Positions 50,001-58,152 of a stretch of 64,000 nucleotides of DNA are shown piece by piece. Numbering within the stretch: the first letter of the stretch is position 1; every line of letters begins with the position of its first letter. The stretch comes from a virus (taxonomy: Duplodnaviria; Heunggongvirae; Uroviricota; Caudoviricetes). Under the pieces are notes generated by a model. The model saw only the letters and a program-made list of their open reading frames with translations, was not told where the DNA came from and searched no databases. Position numbers and translations under genes: made by a program. The stretch lies in the IMG/VR virus record IMGVR_UViG_3300045988_138358; one strand, 5' to 3'.

Positions 50001-50938
50001 GTAAACCATTTCCCTTTGAGGAAGGTATCCCAAAGGACGTTTGCCGACTTGAGCGTTGCATCATCCGTGTCGGGGATCATCTCCAGGAAGGTTTCCGGGT
50101 GTTTACGCAATACCCATACGTCCACCACTGTATCTGTACCGGATTCGCTGAACGTACCAGAAGGCATACGATGTGCGCCCAAAAATTCCGCTTTACGGCT
50201 GACTTTATCGCGCAATTTTTTGTATTTCGTACCATCGGTCATGCCATTCGGCACCACCAATACAATTAGTCCACCAGGCTTAACCTTGTCGATCGTGCGC
50301 AGCACAAAATAATTGCCAACGTTCTTCTCGTTTGCATATGCCGGATCAAGCCCGGCGACACCGGAACGCCCTTCGCCAAACGGTACGTTACCAACAGCAT
50401 GGTCATACATTGCGTCTTTCGCCGCCAGAGCTTCAAACGCCCCGATATTCACATCGTCTTCCGGGTGCAAAAGCTGGTTTATTCGACCGGAAATCGGAGA
50501 CAGTTCGGCGCTGGTCATTATCATGCCCTGCCGTTTTGTCTCCTGGAAAATACCTGTGCCCGCTGATGGTTCCAGTACGTGCCCACCATCAATACCGTAG
50601 TCAGCAAACAGATCCCATATACCTTCAGCCATAAACTGTGGCGTGTAGTATTCGTATTGGCTGCCCTCACCATCTGTCAGGCCACCTTCACCGGTATACC
50701 CGGCAAGAATCTGACGTTGTTCGTCAGTTAATTTCGCCCCATCGAAGCCGGGCGGAAGGGAATTAAGAAGATTTACTGCGGCATTGTTTGCTGCCCGGCG
50801 TGTTTTCTGAATACTGACGCCATCGGCTTTCCTGACGCCAAAGGTCGCAACAGCACGTAATTTATGCAACCGACTAACAATTTCAATCAGTTCGCCTAAG
50901 CTGGAGGCTTCACTGATTGAATGAAGTAGTTTGTCCAA
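44099..50938 (-). CDS. darB: giant methyltransferase-helicase, DarB-like anti-restriction protein
   Basis: 2279 aa; N-terminal methyltransferase-like region (GNVPFG), central helicase motifs (GFGTGLGKTTTA, VIADEGHNYRNS); size and domain order match P1 DarB. Confidence 0.75.
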   Translation of the reverse strand: MDKLLHSISEASSLGELIEIVSRLHKLRAVATFGVRKADGVSIQKTRRAANNAAVNLLNSLPPGFDGAKLTDEQRQILAGYTGEGGLTDGEGSQYEYYTPQFMAEGIWDLFADYGIDGGHVLEPSAGTGIFQETKRQGMIMTSAELSPISGRINQLLHPEDDVNIGAFEALAAKDAMYDHAVGNVPFGEGRSGVAGLDPAYANEKNVGNYFVLRTIDKVKPGGLIVLVVPNGMTDGTKYKKLRDKVSRKAEFLGAHRMPSGTFSESGTDTVVDVWVLRKHPETFLEMIPDTDDATLKSANVLWDTFLKGKWFTTEGKRFVYGDMERTSFRNTLVVKKDGRVSNESMKTALSRRFESRINWDLLGVTTQAWQGAKVGDKRLVGGIWHEFDGLKWVKDATTKSSALDVNRYGVTTFGDLQIAFQSTNGILALSWDQISAIASDYPSVISDEVAAMIRFAGKQREKDRERVMRGALIGQLINKALDKRNLGENVDDELADAARLAEAEIAKYGPPHAIKLNGIAEAGAKNWMTFTGNVKQDGSASDLLAGRLDVTDGAAGIDFTRPEQVVTHLFSDVALNPITLDYFREAFAGELPGDDDAALEYLAKFDDIAIDGYGCLLPMDRATSGDIATKTALLVGWRDASTGEQKANFERQLAKIEEKRIFTPLNKVTVNLNARWLDRRLIKEFLAEQGYDEFKYTEPDLKVEDGILVSPDDYEGKDGVFTGYQLRTVNGKNGNEFKKANNKDGFLNQLENYLNGIKPRGQNANEYLDKIAQLEISFNDWLRTHPQADQIARDYNDAFNGFIPFTHSDAPLGLEGISGKRIPLTYQNEEVRRLSEDGRGIMGFGTGLGKTTTALALEAYNFETGRTKRTCIVVPKAVYQNWYHEAQSFYSADAFANMMFIGLDEVRDDSGNILTAPVLDENGEPRLDSNGQALTRNVVKESASAVIVQRMNMIPSSNWRTVIMTKEQFASIPLREETIEENSQQAVFNAVEMGRLDLASGKHRDAQKKNKIKDQAANTGTTKKQNIPYFEDMNFDSVIADEGHNYRNSFSAGREAGQLAYLPNPAVSKMARDMAVKAAYMMKRNNGRGVVMLTATPLVNSPIDAFNMLSTVIPQEEWMRMGIVTPDDFVRVFGKTATVQVQKISGEVEEKQGLVGFQNLDGLRGIFHRWTTLKTAADVGATVKIPDIVENTLQIPMTGEQEAIYEELRKRAQELSSKDALTVDENGHITNEKPDDFIFSIIRDMDKVAIDPDLYASAITFQFPVELADKVKAIADALPKVAGGKVADDVDDAEEDGAGGLVSTRTSKVVKTTFSEHPSHVEIRAGIELEAEILKAIAAAGIDMQQVSHPIPPKYAALIENLREGLKNGKQIVFIDEKAQHQKLRRIIASALQMPEQEIGIINATTVSQAGGVKLKKVNKPTEPTPNKNGEYKEGAWETYYSKLAQYEDYLSAKNDAGLEGMEGIAADYNEGRTRIIICNKKAEVGINLHIGTTDIHHLTLPWTPASIDQRNGRGARVGSPQEKVNVHYYCGKGTFDDFRLDTLKRKKDWINMVMTSDMSEIANGDADDADERAIMLAANPEERRAIMSRQAQEREERLKLKALREANNALDNYLKAANAAGKDIGMMETELKSAMEQVEHYQRNVDDLIKAGTNRNGQKYVLEQLRDYRKRVRELRFAITRAKDADTVMKRSRGDLERAIKAGVLELDADVLQNPQEYVRTEKNILLHKGSHYRAIIDENHNTTAIVRVTAIDAERGGCTCRISWLDVASRYSRSPGTALFLPFNLIIESVTFEEGVAESRETAARGVQCHQLSTTLTRDQFYDAIRNGVMNVTAGKPGRVWGGGSAIKYWAYRTDDGQIALSSAYDGVIGQKIGRASDIAPERWIYPDGNDEALKREVAKIQASDNPLNIVDGEGFLQALYGYDYIQGMQAWGSQATMDDVSQEFENWMAGRGLSGRSLNKVTSEDILSLFRKPSGEGLESFWKTVVAYRLFQGRMKAFSNTDDIERMFNQVKAAKITAKIEKTRAALVAWRDALFEQYKSLSDADGWSALEQLANNGVDGAKLAIVQADNPLDSPAAQWIKVGAVINAFDEKHISKDDFADAVSVNRLVEMATRRARELKDGDYVNELPDALKSATWQDYVSLKNGGATESEIAERLEQAESKREEQAAVAEARADEAANDDYIIVVNDKPIRAKARVRGRWWSVSEDVGAVYLIADQPGSSTIRNAKDAIKKIGGRFWNFEANPVADVNFDRPAWMVSTRYSVDELRKIIADAA

Positions 50939-51089
50939 AGGATTTCCCCCTCTAAACCGTAAAAAATTCCGCTATGCGGTACGGTTGAGAGGGTATGGAG
51001 AATGTTATTTTCATGGGGACGATACTACCGTCAAAATCACATACTCCCCATAGTTTGCCTACTTATTAACCCATGACCGGGAGAAAAAT

Positions 51090-51575
51090 ATGGCAAATAT
51101 TGAACCTCGCTGGCTAATTGAAGCCCGTAAGCACATTGGCCTGACTGAAATAAAAGGCGCTAAACACAACCCTGAAATCGTTCAGTTCTGGCGCGACATC
51201 AAGCGCGGCGGAATTAAAGACGATGAAACGCCGTGGTGCGCAGCATTTGTCGGTGCAATGCTGGAACGTGTAGGCATCCACTCAACAAGATTTGAGTCGG
51301 CAAAATCCTATCTGGATTGGGGCGAGAAATTAGATACACCGGCATACGGATGTATCGTTGTATTTACCCGCGTAGGCGGTGGGCACGTAGGCTTCGTTGT
51401 CGGACGCCGTGCCAATGGCGATCTGCTTGTCCTGGGTGGGAACCAGGGGGATGCGGTTAATATTCGCGCATTCCCAACATCAAGAGTGTCTGGCTATCGC
51501 TGGCCTGCTGGCGAACCACGCAATACCGCTCTGTTACCAGTCGGAGACGCAGCAACCTCAACTAATGAGGCATGA
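51090..51575 (+). CDS. NlpC/P60-CHAP-like peptidoglycan hydrolase (putative)
   Basis: Candidate Cys (ETPWCAAFVGA) and His (GGGHVGFVVG) catalytic segments. Confidence 0.55.
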   Translation: MANIEPRWLIEARKHIGLTEIKGAKHNPEIVQFWRDIKRGGIKDDETPWCAAFVGAMLERVGIHSTRFESAKSYLDWGEKLDTPAYGCIVVFTRVGGGHVGFVVGRRANGDLLVLGGNQGDAVNIRAFPTSRVSGYRWPAGEPRNTALLPVGDAATSTNEA

Positions 51576-51804
51576 AAAAAGCCCCGGCCTGGCCGGGGCA
51601 TCACGCTTCAAGTCACGATCCAATCATTACCGACTATATCAGCCGTCGATAAATCAACTTCCCGGATCTGGAGTCCATTAATACAAAACCATCCGGTAGT
51701 AGAGTAATTATCAGGCCAGGCCCATACACCAACACTCCATGCTTTACGGCGGCACACTTCAGCCTGTTCTTCCCTGATTTTTTTTACCGCCTGCATGATG
51801 TCCA

Positions 51805-52512
51805 TCACTCACCTCCCCAACCGATCACCTGGAATTGCCCCATTTTTGGGTGATACCAGCGTTTTCCTCGGTGTTCAGCCTCCGACATCATCCGGTTAAA
51901 AGCATTCATGAAGGGAGATAAGGCCACGATGGATCGACGCGACAATACCCCCTCTGGAGTTAAAAACTCATGTGTATCGGTGGGAATCCGGTAAGCGTTG
52001 ACCAGGTTGCGACATTTGGCTTTGGTCAGGCCGCATTTTGCCGCCAGCTGGCGGTAGCCAATGTAGCCTTCCGGCATATTGCCTTTCTTGATTTGCTCAA
52101 CGGTTTCAGCGACCTGGCTAACCTTTGACTCAACAGCATGAAGCCGCTTTTGCTGCTGAACTGCATTTGCAGCCATTGCGGCGATCATCTCTATTTCGGT
52201 CAACGGCTGGCGTACTTGTTCTTCCAGTTCGCGCCAGCGGTCCACCAGCCGGGCGGTGAATTCCGGAGAGAGCTGCGCAACGACAATAATGCTGTCTCGT
52301 TTGCCTTGCTCGCCTTCGAAGACGTAAGCCTCGACACTACGGCGTAGTCCTAAGTTATTGATTTTTTCGAAAACCTGCAATGCAGGAAGTTGAATAACTC
52401 CAGATTTAGCCAGGCGCTCTATTGATATTTTTACGTTATCTGGACGACTTCCCACCAGCTCCGCGATCTCAATGCTGGTCATTGATGGCTTTTCAAGAAT
52501 GCAGATATCCAT
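51805..52512 (-). CDS. Rha/antirepressor-like regulatory protein
   Basis: N-terminal TSIEIAELVGSRPDNVKISIERL resembles Rha-family N-termini; start at internal Met. Confidence 0.55.
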   Translation of the reverse strand: MDICILEKPSMTSIEIAELVGSRPDNVKISIERLAKSGVIQLPALQVFEKINNLGLRRSVEAYVFEGEQGKRDSIIVVAQLSPEFTARLVDRWRELEEQVRQPLTEIEMIAAMAANAVQQQKRLHAVESKVSQVAETVEQIKKGNMPEGYIGYRQLAAKCGLTKAKCRNLVNAYRIPTDTHEFLTPEGVLSRRSIVALSPFMNAFNRMMSEAEHRGKRWYHPKMGQFQVIGWGGE

Positions 52513-52934
52513 CAGTGTGCCTCCGCAATTCCGGGATTGGTAATATTGCGATACCAAGGATTAGTGTTTGGTTGTGATGAAGTAGAGAAACGGCCAGTCA
52601 GGACGCCATGTTGATCAGGGATCAGAGAACGGGCTTCTTTTTCAGTTGCGGCAATTGCGAAGTGATCACAGTGTTTTTGCAGGGAGTGGAAACGCCAGAT
52701 AAATTCCGGGCGCGAGCAAGGATTGGCATTAACCATAGTTACGGCCTCATTCGTAGGTTTAACAACCTGCGCCCCGCTGCTAAACGGGTGGCAGGACGTG
52801 ACGGGGTTAGCAGACTGGCACGAATGAAACCAGCAGGCCGAAGCCTCCCCATCACGCCCCACCATAATTCGGGCGTAACGTGGTTTTACGGACACAAAAA
52901 TACCGCAATATCGGATATCTGCGGTTGTCCGCAT
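52512..52934 (-). CDS. Icd/Ash-like small protein (tentative)
   Basis: Overlaps the start of the Rha/Ant-like gene as icd does in P1; the 5' part may be structured leader RNA rather than coding. Confidence 0.3.
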   Translation of the reverse strand: MRTTADIRYCGIFVSVKPRYARIMVGRDGEASACWFHSCQSANPVTSCHPFSSGAQVVKPTNEAVTMVNANPCSRPEFIWRFHSLQKHCDHFAIAATEKEARSLIPDQHGVLTGRFSTSSQPNTNPWYRNITNPGIAEAH

Positions 52935-53066
52935 TCGTATTCAGGCTGCTAAACCCGGTCGCAGAATTTGCTACGACGACATGAATATAAGCCTGAAAAC
53001 ATGGAAGATCAACTAAAAATTTCAGCAATGGATGACTTCAGTCGATGATGCAGATCATACATTCCG

Positions 53067-53097
53067 ATTTAGAAACAGCAAATTAATTTTCTAACAC
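53067..53097. promoter_or_regulatory. operator pair and promoter for the icd/ant-like operon
   Basis: On the minus strand: TGTGTTAGAAAAT, 16 bp, TTCTAAAT, then TGTATGAT (extended -10-like). Confidence 0.5.
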
Positions 53098-53150
53098 AAA
53101 TTATCGGGCGAGCATTTTCCGATCATTGGGATGCTTTGTAGACACACAGG

Positions 53151-54113
53151 TCATCCCCTAAATCCCGCAGGGATTGACCAATCCTCACGGTCAAATTCAG
53201 ACCGATAGCCACGCTGTTTCATCAGGTCAAAGGCTTCACCAATGGTTGCACACCCCTGGGAGCCAGAATAATCCATTGAGAAATCCAGGGCACTGGATTG
53301 TTTAGGCTTATTCACTGCGGTAGCGGCACTACGTATCCATGCAAATTTTTTTGCCAGCTTTTCAGCGGTACGATACAGAGCCTGCCGTTTTGTGTGCCCC
53401 TCGTCTGAACGACGCTTTGCAGCTCTCGCTTTTGCCGCCGCCAGGCAGTGGTTGGTATGTTCTTCCCTGATTGCTGTTTTTTTATCCAGTACCCCGTGAT
53501 CCGTTTGAGAACTATCTGCTGGTGAAGCCTTTGGCTGAACCGCGCATGATCTTTCTCTTCTTTTGGCTATAGAGTGACTCTTATTTTCTATTGGCTGTTC
53601 ATTTTGAACATGGGGGGACTTGTTCAATTTGAACAGGGGGTTCCCAGTTTCAAAAAAATAACGAACCTTTGAAATCAACTGCTTAACCAGTTTTGTGGCG
53701 TTGGCAAATTTGATGCCCTGCTTACCCCCTATCTCCATTGCTACATGAATGAAGTGGAGAAATTGTGTCGTAAACCGATATACGTTACACACCTGGGCAT
53801 TGTTATTCGCTACCTGATGTTGCTTAACAAGCATTCCGCACTTCGTCGCTTCAGCAAATGCCCGGCGTACAGTAGAAATACTGCGTCCTGTAATCTCGGA
53901 CATATCAGCATATGAGCGACGGATCATGTATTCATCGGTAGACCCTGCCAGGTTGGCGAACTCGGCAATAATGGCGCTATGTGAAGGAGAAAGAAGACCA
54001 CTATGACGAGCAAAAAAACTCAACTGATGACCTTTGATTTTTTTGTGGTATTCAGTGTTGTTTTTATACTCAGAAGTGTTGAAAGTTACTGAAACTGAAT
54101 TTAAAATATTCAT
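53151..54113 (-). CDS. repL: RepL-like replication protein (putative)
   Basis: HTH segment DMSEITGRSISTVRRAFAEATKCGMLV; internal repeats and an operator-linked promoter parallel the P1 lytic replicon. Confidence 0.4.
   Translation of the reverse strand: MNILNSVSVTFNTSEYKNNTEYHKKIKGHQLSFFARHSGLLSPSHSAIIAEFANLAGSTDEYMIRRSYADMSEITGRSISTVRRAFAEATKCGMLVKQHQVANNNAQVCNVYRFTTQFLHFIHVAMEIGGKQGIKFANATKLVKQLISKVRYFFETGNPLFKLNKSPHVQNEQPIENKSHSIAKRRERSCAVQPKASPADSSQTDHGVLDKKTAIREEHTNHCLAAAKARAAKRRSDEGHTKRQALYRTAEKLAKKFAWIRSAATAVNKPKQSSALDFSMDYSGSQGCATIGEAFDLMKQRGYRSEFDREDWSIPAGFRG
53604..53640. repeat. TTGAACA / TGTTCAA repeats with G-runs inside the repL-like gene (candidate origin)
   Basis: TTGAACATGGGGGGAC-TTGTTCAA-TTTGAACAGGGGG. 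Confidence 0.35.
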
Positions 54114-54173
54114 CAGATAGTTCCGTGCAAAAATCTATCTACCGTATAAATCTATGCCAGTGGATTTATACAC

Positions 54174-54207
54174 CAAAAAGCCGCTTCTCAGCGGCTTTTG
54201 CTTTTTT
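54174..54207. terminator. bidirectional hairpin terminator
   Basis: A-run, GCCGC-TTCTCA-GCGGC stem, T-run. Confidence 0.55.
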
Positions 54208-54313
54208 TGGCAGTCGCTACCGGAGCAGTGACCGCGATCCTACTCGATCACATCGGACAGGATCAACAGTGTATATAAATACACTATGTTAGAAATTTAA
54301 TTTCATGCAGCGG

Positions 54314-55312
54314 TTATCCCCGTCGCGAAACGAAGAGTAATGGGGTAGTATTTTTGCTCTCCTTCGGCGATAACTCCGGCTCTTTCTTGCCTGATATCGG
54401 CAAGCCATAAGTCGCATTTGCCCCCAGAGATTCAAGCATCGCAGCCACTATGCGAGCATCATCTTCAGACTGCATACGGCAGAGCGCCCGACGCTGTTCT
54501 GCGCTGATAAAAACAGGCAGCTCCTGGATAGCATCACGCAAAATCCTACGGCATTTCTTCGCATCTTCGCCCTGGCTTTCCATCATTGCGGCCTGGTTGC
54601 GTAATTTGTCGCGAAGTTGCATATTTTCCACTTCAAGGAGCATCAATTCTGACTCAAGGGCTTCACGCTGTGCTGACTCGAAAATAGCCTGCTGATTCTT
54701 CATTGCTGAAAAGTGGTGAACAAGATCCGTAGCCGCGTTATCGGTAAAACCTTGTTCGATAAGTGCCGCATGAATAGCCGCGTCGCGCTCTTCTGCTGAT
54801 TCAAGCATCAGGCTTTTCTTGTCGAGGCTGATATAGTTAGGAACAGTTACGTAATCAAAGCCGTGGAAAGACTTTACCAGGGATACCGATGAATCTGGAC
54901 CAGATGTAGCCCACGACCAACCACCAGCACCAGAGTTAATCATGCCCTGAACAATACGCCCGGTGTCTGTATCCAGTATTTCCTGCGTATGAGTAACAAT
55001 GCCGTTGTCGTCAATCGAAATGTCGATAGTCCTGTTTGACGGCACGTTCTCCAATACAACAGGCTTCCCATCTACCATCACAACAGAGACTTCCGGCAAG
55101 TTCAGGCTTTTCGTTTTGTTATAGTGCATCGCCCGGCGACCATGACCGTAATAACCATACATCTCACCCAGCGCGATACGCTCTTTTGTTTCTGGCGAGT
55201 TGAATGTGTCTCGTACCGACTGAATGACGTAATTTCGGTTGTTCTGCGGTGTGTGTTTGCGGATTTTCTCTACCAGGGAGAAGCGATCCGTAACAGTATT
55301 CAGTGATTGCAT
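54314..55312 (-). CDS. head morphogenesis protein (protease or scaffold, tentative)
   Basis: 332 aa with C-terminal coiled coil, immediately after the putative portal gene. Confidence 0.3.
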   Translation of the reverse strand: MQSLNTVTDRFSLVEKIRKHTPQNNRNYVIQSVRDTFNSPETKERIALGEMYGYYGHGRRAMHYNKTKSLNLPEVSVVMVDGKPVVLENVPSNRTIDISIDDNGIVTHTQEILDTDTGRIVQGMINSGAGGWSWATSGPDSSVSLVKSFHGFDYVTVPNYISLDKKSLMLESAEERDAAIHAALIEQGFTDNAATDLVHHFSAMKNQQAIFESAQREALESELMLLEVENMQLRDKLRNQAAMMESQGEDAKKCRRILRDAIQELPVFISAEQRRALCRMQSEDDARIVAAMLESLGANATYGLPISGKKEPELSPKESKNTTPLLFVSRRG

Positions 55313-55325
55313 TATTTCCCTCCGG

Positions 55326-57008
55326 TTAATTGCTCATCACAAATTTTGCAAAGTTTATTAACTGTTCTGGCGTCCAGTTTTCCGGATCGTCACCGGACGA
55401 CAACGGCGCGGATTCGTACATACCATGCTCGTTGTTTTGCTCTGATTCATTCGCCTTAAACTCTTTGATCATGGTGTTGAGAGTGTCATCGTCGATGTGC
55501 AACTGCTCAGTGAACAGATAACGCATAAACGCGTCGCTACCAGCCAGTTTCGGGTTGTTCTGGATCTGGTCCATAATTTGGGAGATGACAGCAACAAAGT
55601 TGGCGCGTGCATCCAGTTCTCGGTTTTCCTCTTCCTGGATAGCAGTGTTCATTGAGTTGAATTGCACGTCATAAGGGCGGTTTGTTTCGGTGTAAACCTT
55701 GCCGTATTTATAAGCGAGGTGAATGTCCAGAAGCCGATAAATAGTTCGCTGGGCGGCCTGTCTGATCCAGTTCGCACGCAATGCAGCCTGGATAGCAGTT
55801 TGCTGCCAGCCGCCTTCTCCAAGCCCTCCGCTCATCTGATCAGCCCAGCCAAGCATTGTTGCGTCAATGCCGAGGCTTGCAGCAAGCTGCCGGAGGTGAA
55901 ACATAACGTCTTCGATACCACTGATATCTGCGGGTATGGATTGCGTATCAATGGTGATGCCGTTCTTCCCGTCTCCCATAACAGGTATCAGATGGTTAAG
56001 CACAGTCGGAATAGCGTTGGCATTAATCGACCTTTGCGCCACCAGGTCACTATGACGCTTCAATGCCTGGCTGACGCCACGCGTATAGTTCGCCGCATTA
56101 ACCGGGTCCAGTGTGTTCGTCGTAAGAGCAATCAGGCGGTCAATTTTGGCTGCATTATTTCGCGTTGATTTCAGCGCGGCGAGCGAAGCACATAAATTAA
56201 GGTAAGGTTCATAGCTGTATTCCAGGAATGAAGTTCCGTAATTCTGCGTCTCCATTAACGGCTTATCAGCCTGATCACTTAACAGTGAATACCCTTTTGT
56301 ACCGTAGCTAACCGGAATAACCTTATGCTGCGGCGTCCAATACGGGTTTTTCATGGAAACAAGATTCCACGGTTCGGTTATTACCCTGCGCAAACTATGC
56401 GTATCCAGAATGTAATCACCACTGAAACCGACCAGCTGGCTACCGCGATAAAATTCCTGGACGAAGTGTGGAAGAGTGTAATAACTGGATTCAATGCCAG
56501 TTATCCCTCTGCCCTGTTCAGCATAAGGTCGGACATAAGACACCCCAAAGATCGCCATAATCATGGCCCATGAAGGAAGTCCGTCATTAATCATTGCCCC
56601 CAAATCAGCTGTTAACTCTTCACACCTACTTACCGCCTCGGCATCGGAACCATCTTTTGGCGAAAGCATGAATGCCAGCCCGGTTTTCTTTGAAGGCGCA
56701 AGCGCATGTGCAATATGAATGTTTAAAGCCGTTGAGATAGTCGGGCTTTTAGCCATCGTTTCCAGGATGTTGTACTTTTGCAGGCGCTCGCCGGGCAGTT
56801 CAGCGGATAAAGAAATTGAATCTGCTGCACTCGTCATGCCATCGCTGTTGCCACCCAGGATGCCTGGACGTAAAGCGGACAGGCCGGAACGAGCAACGAC
56901 ACTATGCCCGCTCGTAAAAACGACCGGATCGGCGGGCGTAACATCACCACCGTTGAAGGCTTTCTTCAATGCCGACAGAAAGCCTTTGTTTTTGTCTTTC
57001 GTTGCCAT
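55326..57008 (-). CDS. portal-like protein (putative)
   Basis: 560-aa protein preceding the head gene; assigned by size and position only. Confidence 0.35.
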   Translation of the reverse strand: MATKDKNKGFLSALKKAFNGGDVTPADPVVFTSGHSVVARSGLSALRPGILGGNSDGMTSAADSISLSAELPGERLQKYNILETMAKSPTISTALNIHIAHALAPSKKTGLAFMLSPKDGSDAEAVSRCEELTADLGAMINDGLPSWAMIMAIFGVSYVRPYAEQGRGITGIESSYYTLPHFVQEFYRGSQLVGFSGDYILDTHSLRRVITEPWNLVSMKNPYWTPQHKVIPVSYGTKGYSLLSDQADKPLMETQNYGTSFLEYSYEPYLNLCASLAALKSTRNNAAKIDRLIALTTNTLDPVNAANYTRGVSQALKRHSDLVAQRSINANAIPTVLNHLIPVMGDGKNGITIDTQSIPADISGIEDVMFHLRQLAASLGIDATMLGWADQMSGGLGEGGWQQTAIQAALRANWIRQAAQRTIYRLLDIHLAYKYGKVYTETNRPYDVQFNSMNTAIQEEENRELDARANFVAVISQIMDQIQNNPKLAGSDAFMRYLFTEQLHIDDDTLNTMIKEFKANESEQNNEHGMYESAPLSSGDDPENWTPEQLINFAKFVMSN

Positions 57009-57092
57009 GAATCACCGCGAATTGTTTCCAGTTTCGCGGCAGCATAATCAGTATGTGATTTGATAGGAGAGTTTTATTGGTGCTGTTAATGA

Positions 57093-57425
57093 TTACTTAC
57101 ACGCTTCCCTGCCCACATAGTCAGCGATGGAACCACTTACAATCCCCACCATTTTGGGATCAGGTTTTGAATTTTTCATCTGTTCAAGCGTCTCCCCAGA
57201 ACCAAGATACTTCACTTCATTTGTCATGCAATTATATATTCTCTTCGAATATGCTGTCCCAGATGGGCCTTCCCTTTTTGTAATGATAGTTTTATATTCA
57301 CCTTCACGACCAATATCCAGCACTGTATAAGTAGCTTTTGGATCAGAAGGGATTTTTATCTTATAGGGCGCAGCACAAACTGATGCAGAAGCTAATAAAG
57401 CACAAACCAGGATTATATTTCTCAT
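57093..57425 (-). CDS. small secreted protein, low GC
   Basis: Signal peptide MRNIILVCALLASASVCA. Confidence 0.45.
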   Translation of the reverse strand: MRNIILVCALLASASVCAAPYKIKIPSDPKATYTVLDIGREGEYKTIITKREGPSGTAYSKRIYNCMTNEVKYLGSGETLEQMKNSKPDPKMVGIVSGSIADYVGREACK

Positions 57426-57469
57426 AACTATACTCCATGTTATAAATTATCAAAGCTAAGTAAGTAAAA

Positions 57470-58027
57470 CTAATCTGGATCAACAATAAGTTGTGAAACC
57501 TTCGCTGCAAGTCTTATATAGCGTTCAGCTTCATTTCTGGTGATTTCAAAATCCAGAAAGTGCGCGGCTTCATTTCTTAGCGAGCGAAGCCGTTTTAACA
57601 GCAAAGCAGCGGAATCTTCAAGTTTTCCTTCTTGAATCAACCAGTCAATGAATAGTTCTGGATTCCGTTTCGGCTTTAACCCTCCCTGTATAAAACCAGA
57701 GCGCCCGGCAGCCTCCTCTACCATCAACCATGACTCCATAATAGCAGCTCTAGGTGAAAAATCAGCAATTCTCTCTAATTGTGCGATTTTATTTATATAT
57801 TCAGAGTTATTATTACCATTGTTAATATTTTTATTCCCAACTGATGCATCTGTTGCTAATACTTCTGCTGCGGTTAGTCCCGCATTAAACTCAGCTTCAG
57901 CTGCTCCAATCTTGAATCTACTCAGACGTACTATTAACTCCTTAATATCAACCCCATACTTATTAACAAACCACACAAACACCAATGGCCATGCAAGAGC
58001 TGAAACCAAATCTGTAAATGATGACAT
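57470..58027 (-). CDS. HEPN-motif protein with N-terminal transmembrane helix, low GC
   Basis: 185 aa; hydrophobic helix LVSALAWPLVFVWFV then R-x4-H motif (LRSLRNEAAHF) near the C-terminus. Confidence 0.55.
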   Translation of the reverse strand: MSSFTDLVSALAWPLVFVWFVNKYGVDIKELIVRLSRFKIGAAEAEFNAGLTAAEVLATDASVGNKNINNGNNNSEYINKIAQLERIADFSPRAAIMESWLMVEEAAGRSGFIQGGLKPKRNPELFIDWLIQEGKLEDSAALLLKRLRSLRNEAAHFLDFEITRNEAERYIRLAAKVSQLIVDPD

Positions 58028-58152
58028 CGGTTATCCTCATTCATTATATTCTCAGCTAGTTTACATATTATTAAACAGGAACAAAAATGAATTATGCGCC
58101 CATCTTCAGATATGTTATGAACGCACAGAAAGAGCATTAAGTTACATTGATG

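Noticed and set aside
44916-50634. Many ORFs of 60-230 aa on the plus strand inside the darB region (for example 46638-47324, 47333-47989, 49200-49648).
   Set aside because: They are antisense to a continuous 2279-aa reading frame with clear methyltransferase and helicase motifs and have low-complexity, Ser/Arg/Cys-rich translations typical of non-coding frames.
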